Assembly (NCBI RefSeq): GCF_006345805.1
Contig: NW_021832051.1
Location: forward strand, 1 to 31,161
DNA: 31,161 bases
Direction of reading: 5' to 3'
From: Octopus sinensis
Lineage: Eukaryota
This document shows, piece after piece, positions 10,685-21,070 of this stretch; position 1 is the stretch's first letter; each line of letters starts with the position of its first letter. A model generated the notes under the pieces. That model had not been told where the DNA came from. It saw nothing but the letters and a program-made list of their open reading frames with translations, and did not search any database. Position numbers and translations under genes: made by a program.

Positions 10685-10778
10685 ATATATACATATATAT
10701 ATATATGTGTGTGTGTGTGGTGGTGTGTGTGTGGTGTGTGTATGTGTGTATAAACCACAAACATGTATATTCATTAAT

Positions 10779-10826
<48 letters not shown>

Positions 10827-10853
10827 TAATGAATATACATGTTATGTTTATAC

Positions 10854-10900
<47 letters not shown>

Positions 10901-11300
10901 GTTTGTGTACATATACCTATAATATCTATACATATATAAGTTAATGAATATGCATGTGTGTGTTTATACACACACAAAACACACACACTAACACATCTGT
11001 CTGATGTAAAGAGAATCCTGCTACCAGCGATAATATTCCAAAGACAACCAATGTAAGTCTATATCATAATTAATTGATCCGCCGTCGTCACACCTCAACC
11101 CCCACCCCAACCCTTCCACCATATTTAACTGAAATTATTTCATCTTTCAATCAGACGTCTTCCTCATTAATCCGTCTCTTTCAAAATTAATGACAACCTG
11201 TCTTTAATCTTTAGAGCCGAGTCTCACAGCTTTGTTATTCTATCTATTTACTTACTAGTCAGCACCATCATCACCACCATCATCACCACGACCATCATCG

Positions 11301-11392
11301 TCTTCTTCTTCTTCTTCTTCTTCTTCTTCTTCTTCTTCTTCTTCTTCTTCTTCTTCTTCTTCTTCTTCTTCTTCGTCGTCGTCGTCGTCGTC
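11301..11392. repeat. (TTC)n/(GTC)n microsatellite
   Basis: Direct reading. Confidence 0.95.
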
Positions 11393-11492
11393 ATCACCAC
11401 CGCCGCCACCACAGCACCACCCCAACAACAACTGTCTGTATCTTTATATATATATTATATGTATATATATAATATATATATATATATATATC

Positions 11493-11530
<38 letters not shown>

Positions 11531-11681
11531 AATCTTTATATCCAACTTAAAATGGATATTTTGAAACGCTGCCTTGAGAGTTCTCATGCAGGCGTTTGGA
11601 TATAAAGATTACATTCGGTACTAATACGGCTTCCGTCGTTAATAATCATACATACAAACACACACACACACACACACACAC

Positions 11682-11726
<45 letters not shown>

Positions 11727-11732
<6 letters not shown>

Positions 11733-12226
11733 GTTATCGCCATACTAATATGGCATTCTTATAAAAATAAGAATAAAGCTGTCCGCTTATTAGCTCCATG
11801 AGGCCATCGCCTTAAGTTAGCTATTTGATACACAAACTGTATCCATATAATCTTCGAACAAGGGAGGTCAGTCGCTTCACACTACTTGACCGAAGCTAGG
11901 TAAATAAAACCTTCGAACAGAGATTGTCAGAAGCGACACCTACTGGTTGGCTACGCTACATTGAAAAGGGGCAATACCCCGAAACGCGTCTGTAGCTGCC
12001 GGTCAAGTGTGTGGAGCGGACTGACCTCCCTTGTTCGAAGGTTATATGGATACAGTTTGTGTATCAAATAGCTAACTTAAGGTGATGGCCTCATGGAGCT
12101 AATAAGCGGACAGCTTTATTCTTATTTTTATAAGAATGCCATATTAGTATGGCGATAACTATTATTTTCCGGGAACGCTGCCGTTGTTCTCTATTAGAGA
12201 GACTTAGTAATTTTAATATTTCTATT
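11727..12226 (+). mobile_element. Penelope-terminal-like element with ~165-bp inverted arms (11727-11892 and 12000-12165) enclosing a hammerhead
   Basis: Arms are reverse complements with few mismatches, the element is flanked by (TA)n, and it contains the GAAACGCGTC minimal-hammerhead signature. The Penelope link is inferred; no RT or GIY-YIG coding sequence is seen. Confidence 0.65.
11955..11996 (+). ncRNA. Minimal type I hammerhead ribozyme motif with U3:A8 core variant
   Basis: GCUACA-UUGAAAA-GGGG CAAUA CCCC-GAAA-CGCG-UC/UGUAGC. Stem I is 6 bp, stem II is 4 G-C pairs, stem III is the palindrome ACGCGU, the triplet is GUC, and cleavage is at 11990/11991. Confidence 0.72.
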
Positions 12227-12280
12227 ATATATATATATATATATATATACTCAAAAATAATCAACAAGAATAACTTCGGT

Positions 12281-12372
12281 AATTTGGTACGATCGTTTCA
12301 CGCTACATCATTTTATTAAATATTGTAAGTATTACAACAGTTTTAAAATGTTGAGCAATCATCAGCCAATTT
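12281..12372 (-). ncRNA. Type I hammerhead ribozyme motif with a 59-nt stem II
   Basis: AAUUGG-CUGAUGA-[long irregular hairpin containing UGCU/AGCG, CAUUUUA/UAAAAUG and UGUUGUAA/UUACAAUA]-GAAA-CGAUCG-UA/CCAAAUU. Stem III is the palindrome ACGAUCGU and cleavage is at 12288/12287. Confidence 0.78.
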
Positions 12373-12741
12373 ATAGAGGTTTCCCATTAATACATAATTT
12401 TCATATCAATTGATAATATTATAGAGAAGGTAGATATATAGACAAAGATGTCGATTTAAATTTTAAGAACATTTAGGTAGTAGAGTTTAGCAATTGACTG
12501 AAGAATATTCAGAATATTCAGTTATTTTGAACTGCTAGAAGGTTGGGAAGAATGATCAGTTGAAAGAAGACAAAAAATATTTTCTATTTATAGAAATAGG
12601 GTTGAAATAAAAGAAAAATTTTTTTTTTTATCACCCCATGAATTTTAATGGATAACACCATACAAAATTCTGGTGCATCTAACTTAAGTACCATATTCAT
12701 TTGAATCTGAATTTTGCTGAACTTATGTTATATATATAATA

Positions 12742-12793
<52 letters not shown>

Positions 12794-12895
12794 ATAAAAA
12801 TGGTAAGACAACAAAAGAATGAAAGAGACCTCGATATTTTGTAAATAGAGGAATTTATCTGTAAATGTAATATGTGACAATTGTTCGGTAGCCAT

Positions 12896-12956
12896 GATGA
12901 AACTCCGAGTTTCGGGTGCCGAGGTGGAAATCCACGCCGCCATCTCTTCAGTTATC
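12896..12956 (-). ncRNA. Type I hammerhead ribozyme motif inside a ~315-bp (TA)n-embedded element (12791-13105)
   Basis: GAUAA-CUGAAGA-GAUGGCGGCGUGG AUUU CCACCUCGGCACCC-GAAA-CUC G GAG-UU/UCAUC. Stem I has 4 of 5 pairs, stem II is an imperfect 13-bp helix, and cleavage is at 12901/12900. Confidence 0.72.
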
Positions 12957-13589
12957 CGGCCATCGGAAAAAATGCTATGAAAAATGACCGTTAAACAAAG
13001 GGAAATTACTGTGTGATTGACCGTTATTAAGACAAAAGAGCTATTTGAATGAACGCTAAGTGAGAGGAGGGAGTAAAAGTAAGGGGGTAAAAGTAAGTTC
13101 ATAGTATAGATATATATATATATGTACATATCTATATCTATATATATGTATATGTATGGATGTATTATGTATGTGTGTGCATGTGCTTGTGTGTGTGAGT
13201 GTGCGTGCGTGTGTGTATGTGTGTGTGTACTTTATGTACTTTATTTGTTTTTATATATTTATGAGTCAAACAAAAGGCAATATTTCGGTGACTCATCACG
13301 TCATCAGCCACTGTTGAACTGAAAACAGTCATTCATTTAGTCATACTATATGTATAGCAGTTCTCCACATCACCAGTGTTTGGTACAATAGTTAACCAAG
13401 AAATGATAAAGGAACGGAGGAGCATCCACTTTGTATACCAGCGAGAAATGATAGATTGGCAGTAAAAATACATTTCCTCGGTTGCTGGGGGCGGGGTGGG
13501 GTGGGGTGGGGGCGAATAACTGGGACATTCAAGGACATGTAAGGAGTCGCTATATAATAGATAGAGGTATATTAGTCTAAGATATTTAG

Positions 13590-15120
13590 TTACTGAGAGT
13601 GCACAACAAGTAGTCGGGGCTATGAATTTGTCTTTCTCTGCATATAGCTACACGCAAAGCGTTGGCTCCGGTCATCTGCGAACCTTTAACACTTCTATCC
13701 AATATGTCATTGGCGACGGGTGTTGTACCTGCGCACTGGAGATCAGCGATAATCTGACCAATTTTCAAGAAAGGGAGCCGCAAAGACCCGCTTAACTATC
13801 GACCGGTTTCCCTTACTTCAATAATCAGCAAGATGTTCGAAACTATCCTGAAGAAAAGTATGTTGCTCCACCTCCAAAACACAGCCTCTATCTCTGATTC
13901 TCAACACGGCCTCGTGCCGAAGAGATGCTTGACCAATTTACTGGTAATGGAAGAATTAGTGACGCATATCCTGGATGATGGTGATGCTGTTGACATCGTT
14001 TTATTGGACTTTGCCAAAGCTTTTGACTCGGTTAATCACTGCCTATTACTTGTCAAGCTTCAAGCATATTGTTTCCATCCGGATATTGTTCGATGGGTTG
14101 GTGCCTTCCTCTCAGATCGCTCCTTCCAAGTCCAAGTTAATGGTTCGCTGTCCGACGTCTCCAGTGCGAGCAGTGGCGTGCCTCAAGGTTCAGTGCTTGG
14201 GCCCTTATTGTTTTTAGTCTTCATCAATGACTTGCCCGACGACCTCACACAACACACCCTTCTATTTGCAGACGATGTCAAACTGGTCGCTCCTTGCGGT
14301 GATATAGATGATCTTCGTCGATGCCTCCACCAAGTTTGGAGATGGTCAAACGAATGGGACCTGTGTCTGAACGTGTCAAAGTGCTGTCATCTGCCTGTTG
14401 GCTCCTCTCCTGCAACTCAACTTGATTTCGAGCCGGGTCGTCTGCTGCTGAAGAAGACCGACCAAGTAAAGGACCTGGGTATCTTGGTGGATTCTTCCTT
14501 TCGCCTTCGGCCCAATGCGTCCATGCTGCCAACAAAGCACGCGGAGTTCTGTTTTTGATTCGACGGTCATTCGGAATGCTCACAGCAGCCATATTCCTAC
14601 CGCTCTATGTCACGCTGGTGAGACCCATATTGGAGTACGGGATTCAAACCTCTTCTCCTTATCTCCTCAAAGACATACAGCATTTCGAAAGAGTTCAGAA
14701 GATGGCTACCCGCATGGTTCTTGGTCTCAAGCATTTGTCTTATGAAGAAAGGCTGAAGACATTCGACTTTTATTCTCTCGAAAAACGACGACGCCGTGGT
14801 GATCTCATTCTCGCTCACAACATCATAAGCGGAAAGTGTAACCTCTCGAAAGAGCTGTTCTTCATTCCTGCTCCAGAGCGTGGGCTGCGGGGTCACTCCG
14901 AAAGTGCTCTACCTGCGACGATTTTATCTCAATCGAAGGAGAGGGGCTTTCTCCGCCGGACGAGATAGTGAAGATGCCGACGACGGCTCGGTTCAAAGTC
15001 TCTCTTGACCAGAAATGGCCTGGACTCTTTGTATGACCACCCTCCCTGTACATAACTCCCTGTCCCCCTACATGGCCTTGCTTTTATTTTTTGAGCCAAT
15101 AAAAATTGAATTGAAAAAAA
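13590..15120 (+). mobile_element. 5'-truncated, frameshifted CR1-clade LINE (RT domain and 3' UTR)
   Basis: PIFKKG..KDPLNYRPVSLTS lies upstream of ORF 13833-14558, which has LDFAKAFDSV, SGVPQGSVLGPLLF, LLFADDVKL and VKDLG. ORF 14555-14968 has LVRPILEY, YEERL, RRRRGDLI and LRGH. The tail is AATAAAAATTGAATTGAAAA. Confidence 0.93.
13833..14968 (+). pseudogene. CR1 reverse-transcriptase pseudogene (two ORFs separated by frameshifts; further lesions upstream and downstream)
   Basis: RT motifs as above. An in-frame TGA lies near 13756 and frameshifts near 14500-14555 and 14900. Confidence 0.9.
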
Positions 15121-15152
15121 TGTAAGCTTGTATGTGTGTAATAATAATATCA

Positions 15153-15153
15153 A

Positions 15154-15217
<64 letters not shown>

Positions 15218-15218
15218 A

Positions 15219-15253
<35 letters not shown>

Positions 15254-15254
15254 A

Positions 15255-15286
<32 letters not shown>

Positions 15287-15308
15287 ACTACTACTACTAC
15301 TACTACTA
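15153..15308. repeat. Compound (ACT)n/(GCT)n microsatellite in alternating blocks
   Basis: Translates as T11 A10 T6 A6 T6 A5 T7. Confidence 0.95.
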
Positions 15309-15979
15309 TAATATTGTTAAATGTGTAAGAAAAAGTTGGAGTAACAATTTCATTTCACAGACTTTTCTTACGTAGGCACACAGGGGCGCGCGTGCGCAAA
15401 TCCATTGTTTATAACAAACGAGGGAAGCACTCAATACATGGCTCCTGATTCTATTTATTCAGCTGAGGACGTTTACCGTTACTTCAACTGGCTGTTGTAT
15501 ATTGAAAGATGTTTCTTATCCAAGACGGCACCGGGACCTCACGATTTCATTGGTTGACGTGAGTCGAGTTACTTGCAAAGGGGGAGACGGGGGTAACGTC
15601 TATATGAGTATATACATATATGCATGTGTGTGTGCGTGTTTTGCGCGTCGTGCGTGTAATGTATGTGTATATATAAACATAAATACATGCACACACACAT
15701 ACAAACACACACTCACATAAACATACACATACACAACCGCATACACACATATATAAATGTGTGTTTGCATGTGTGCATGTGTATAAATGTATATTTATAT
15801 GAGCGTGTACGTATGGACAATCAAACGTGTACACACCTCTGGACAAAACCACGTACATGTGTTTAGGCATCGTACCTAAAACCAACAACGGATGTATAAT
15901 GTGTACGCTTATATGCACTGACATACAGACGTCCTAATTCTAATTAGGAACATACACACAGATGTGTGTAAACACACTG

Positions 15980-16044
15980 CAAACTTGGTCCATTAGATGT
16001 GAATACAGAAACACACTGAAGTGTATGTATATATGTGTGTGTGC

Positions 16045-16111
<67 letters not shown>

Positions 16112-16257
16112 TGTGTGTGTGTATATAAAAACACAGTGAACTATATACATGGAAACTATACAGCAATAAATGCACACAATATATGTGTGCAAATGCGTCC
16201 GTGACCCGCATGCGCATGTCTGCATGTGTGAACATGTCTATCTAAATGTACATGATG

Positions 16258-16290
<33 letters not shown>

Positions 16291-16740
16291 ACAGACACAC
16301 GTAAATATATAAATATAAGTGTATATATGTATACATATATATGTATATGTATGCATATATCTAAATACATATATATACATCTATATATGCATGCAAACAC
16401 AGACACACATGTATGTATGTATATATATATATGTATATATGTATATGTATTTACACATATATATGTATATATATATATTTACGTATATGCATATATATGT
16501 TTATATATACGTATATGTATATATATGTATTTACATATATGTATATACAAGTGTGTATATATACTTATATGTATATATATATATGTGTGTATATACATAT
16601 ATATATATATGTATGTATGCTTTTTTTGTGTGTGTGTATATATATATATATATACTCACATACACATAAATACCTATATATGCACGCATACACACATACA
16701 AGAATACATGAATCAAAAGCATACACACACACACACATAC
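15980..16740. repeat. (TA)n, (CA)n and cryptic TATG low-complexity region
   Basis: Direct reading. Confidence 0.9.
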
Positions 16741-16979
16741 GAAGGAGGCACATGTTAATTAAAGCAAAATAGAAGGAAAATACCAACTATTATACAAAAA
16801 AAAAAGAAAGGAAAAACTCCCTCCGAGAACAAAAAGCTGGCGAAGCAGTGACAAGATGGCGACCGTAGTGATTGTTGCAGTCGGCCATTTTGTTAGCTGT
16901 GCTCTGTGTCGCTTCGTCAAAACTAAACACACCAATTGTAATTCTAACCGCTTATTTAACACCGACCACATTGCTCTTA

Positions 16980-17473
16980 TTGTTGTTACTGCTGCTGCGG
17001 CTACTGCTACCGCTACAGTTACTGCTACTATTGTTGTTGTTCTTGTTGTTGTTAGCGATGATTGCTGTGTCGTTGTTCTTGTTATTCCTGAACGATGTTG
17101 TTGATGTTTTTTTTTTATTTTACCACAGTTCTTGTTGATAAAGTTGTTGCCTTTGCTGTTGTTGCTGCTGTTATTGTTGTTGTTGTTGTTGTTGCCGTTG
17201 TTTTTGCTGTTATTGTTGCTGCTGTTGTTGTTGTTGCTATTGCTGTTGTTTTTTTCCTGATAGATTTCTTATTGCTATTGCCGCTGTTGTTGCTATCGTT
17301 TGCTGTTGTTGTTGTTGTTGTTGTTATGCCTGATAACTTTTTATTGTTGCTGCCGTTGTCATTGTTGTTGCTAGTTTAGTCTTTGTTGTTGTTATTGTTG
17401 CACCTAATGGTTTCGTTATTGTTGCTATTCTATTTTATATTTTTTTATGCTTATATTTCGCAAATGATATAAC

Positions 17474-17529
<56 letters not shown>

Positions 17530-17940
17530 GGAAGTCTGACGCTGTTGTTGTTTTACTGATCTTGTTCTTGTTGTTATTGTACTACATTATGCTTCTTTAT
17601 TATGGTTGAAGTTCTTTATTGTTTCACTTGTTGTTGCTGTTGTTTTTCATATGTTTGTTATAGTCGCCATTTTCAAAAAAGATTTCGTTGTTGTTGTTAT
17701 TGTTAATAACAATATTGTTGTTATTACGGTCATTGCAACTAATGTTGTTTTTACTGTTGTTGTTCATTGGTGGTGGTAGTGGTGGTGTGGTGGTGGTGGT
17801 GTAGGTGCTGGGGTTGTTTTTACGGCTCTGTTGTTGTAACAAATTACAGCCATTGCGCTGATGGTGGTGGCGATGAAGGTGGTGGTGGTAGTAATAGTTG
17901 TAGTGGTGGTGGTGGTGGTGGTGGTGGTGGTGGTAATGAT
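16980..17940. repeat. (GTT)n/(GCT)n/(GAT)n/(GGT)n low-complexity region
   Basis: Direct reading; pure (GAT)n at about 17474-17529. Confidence 0.9.
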
Positions 17941-18212
17941 GGTATTGTTTCTCTTCTCGTCGATGCCGGTGCTGCTATCGTTGTTTTCTTTTCTCCTCCT
18001 TCTTTTTCCTTTCCTTGAAGAAAAAGAAAAAGAGAGAAAAGGAAGACGAAGAAAGCTGAGTCGATTCATTAAATTCTGTTAAGTATGCAATTACTCCATT
18101 GGTGTGTTGGTAATAGAGGGATATTACTGTCTGATTGTAGCCAACACTCTCTAGGGAAAGCGAGAAAAATTGAGAGAGGGAGAGAGAAAGAGATAGAGAA
18201 AGTCAGAGAGGC

Positions 18213-18246
<34 letters not shown>

Positions 18247-18689
18247 TGGAGAGGGGGTAGAGAGGAAATATATCATGGAGAAGGTGAGAATTGGGAGAGG
18301 AGGGAGAGGAGGAAGAGGAGAAATGGCTGAACAAAGAGGAAGAAAGGGAGGGAGAGAAAGGTGAAGGGGAGAGTTATAAAGGTGATGAAAGTGATACTAA
18401 AAAGGAAATTGAAAACTTCGAACGGAACAGCATACCAGAGACATGCCATGTACACATACATCCATAAACAGACACACAAATACACACACAGAGATGTGTG
18501 TATAGCCATATATATATATCCATACATAAATAAATATACATCATATATATACACACATACACACACACATATATTTAGATGCAGGTAAATACAGATGTGT
18601 GCATAGTATAGTTATATATAAACACATGCATAAGACGTATCTTATATATATATATATGTAACAACAAAATAATAAATAAAATATATGCA

Positions 18690-19010
18690 TATATACATAC
18701 ATATATATACGTACCTACCTCTACATGTATATATACATGCATATATGGGTACAGGACACCAAAAAAAAAAACGTCGAACACAATGAGAAATGAAAACATA
18801 AACACAAAAACCAAAGAAATGGACATTTTTCTTAAACAACGAAAAAATAGAGTACAAGACATACAACACAAGGAACATTCCCCTTCTTCAGCCACCTCTG
18901 TTTCATCTACTCCGCGTTCCGAAGGTAAAGGCGAGACACGACTTCGTTGAAACAGTCCTTCCCGCAAAAGCAAATTAAATAAAATTTGAGATTTTTTTGC
19001 GGCGGGGTAA
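18690..19010. repeat. Diverged, non-folded relative of the repeat that forms the 9759-10387 palindrome
   Basis: Shares tacgtacctac.tctacatgtatatatacatgcatata, gtacaggacacc, gagaaa.gaaaac.taaa and ggac.atttt...aacaacg with the palindrome arms. Confidence 0.7.
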
Positions 19011-19643
19011 AAATGGTAACAAAAACAGGACAGTAAAAACAATACAAAATATTAACGGTAAAAGACAGGACAATAACAGTAACACGAACATTAAGGGCTG
19101 TTAAGTCAGAACGAATGAAAAAATATTTTGAACGCTTTGAGAACGGTGAGACCCACTTGAAGGAAGCCGGGTCAGAAAGACAGTAGTGGCCTTCTCGTCA
19201 CGTGTCAGCGACGGGAGGGAGGAGGAGGAGTAAGAGAATGGGAGAGAAAAAAGGGAAGGGTTGTAGAGAAAATCAAAAAGAATGAAGAATGAGAGAGAGA
19301 GGGACAGTAAGGTTAGAAGAAAAGGAAACCAGAAAGAATGAAGGATGAGAGAGAGAGGTGGACAGAATGGTTAAGAGTGCGCATCATTATTAATATTAAG
19401 ATAAAACTTACTTAGAAATGAATTCGTGCGTTGCGCAATCGCACATAAACACATATATGTAAAGACACCGATATAACTATATTCCCACGTGCACATACAA
19501 GCACGAACCAAATTAAAAAAAATTTATTGACCTGAAGGAAACAACTTTTTTTTCGTGATGTAATAGAATTATCAATAAGTAATAAACGCGTCTGAAACAG
19601 CTGTAGAGAACCTTTAACGCATTTGTGTTCTTTTATATATATA

Positions 19644-19715
<72 letters not shown>

Positions 19716-20058
19716 ATACATGTGCTTACATGCATACGCATACATATAAACATGCAAAATATACACTCGTACACGCAGTTTTGCAATCAAGCAAGCCTGT
19801 GTATATACAGACATCATACACACACATATAACTCACACACATCCCTTTTCTAAAGCAACAGATAATATTAAAAGCAATTAATATTTTACTCTGGCGCAGG
19901 TATTGAGTTCTTAATCGGATAATGGTTAATTTGATTTCAGTATATCAAGATACGTGTTAAAAACGTACGCATACTCACATACATATATATAGACAAAAGT
20001 TCTTTATTTTCCTTCTTTGCTGTATTGTACATCGACCCATCCTTAAACAGCCCCACAT

Positions 20059-20284
20059 TAACCAGTATAACTAGTAAAACTATCGTAACTAGTATAATTA
20101 ATACAATAATCAACTATAACTATTGTCATAAGAATAGCTAACAGACGTATAACCATTTGTGGAACTAGTATAACCAGGATAATTAACTATAACTAGTATA
20201 ACTAGTGTTATTAAGTATAACAAGTACAGCAAACTAGTTAGTATAACCAGAATAAATTATAAAATTAAAATAACTAGTATAATC
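20059..20284. repeat. Degenerate 9-bp minisatellite (TAACTAGTA / TAACCAGTA)
   Basis: Roughly ten recognisable units interspersed with AT-rich spacers. Confidence 0.7.
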
Positions 20285-20767
20285 AGCATATTTAATATCA
20301 TTATATCATTATTTCCAGTCTAAAGAAATTGTTAGTCCCTGAATTAACTTTTCTGCATTTCTAGAGAAGAGGAAGTTGTCAGTTATCCCCCTTGAGCGGA
20401 TTTTTAGAGTGAGTGAGTGATTGGACAACAGTGAGAGAGATGGGAAGAGAGAAAGAAGAATCGATCCATCTACTTGACTAGTACTTTGCCTTTCACACAC
20501 ACACACACGCATGCACATGGAGGCGCGCACGCACGTGCGGTGTTTTCAAATTTTGTCAAACGAATAAGAAAGAAGACAAAAAATATTGTTGAGTATATTG
20601 TAGGTTTTAACTGATTACTTTCGCAAAACTTGAAATTCATCCACCACGATTATCACGTGAAGATTCTCGCTTGATGATCGTGATTGTATGAAACTCAAGC
20701 TGTGAGAAAAGGATTTGGTCTGAATAAACTATGTGTTTGCTTGTATATGTATGTATGTATGTTTTTT

Positions 20768-21070
<303 letters not shown>

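Noticed and set aside
12508-12545. CTGAAGA followed by an ATATTC/GAATAT repeat
   Set aside because: No GAAA, stem III or closing stem I; it is a local 9-bp duplication.
15462-15520. CTGAGGA ... GAAAGATGTTTC as a hammerhead
   Set aside because: No stem II pairing and no stem I complementarity.
19584-19605. AAACGCGTC and GAAACAGCTGTA, two minimal-hammerhead 3' halves in tandem
   Set aside because: No CUGANGA or stem II upstream. At most a truncated relic.
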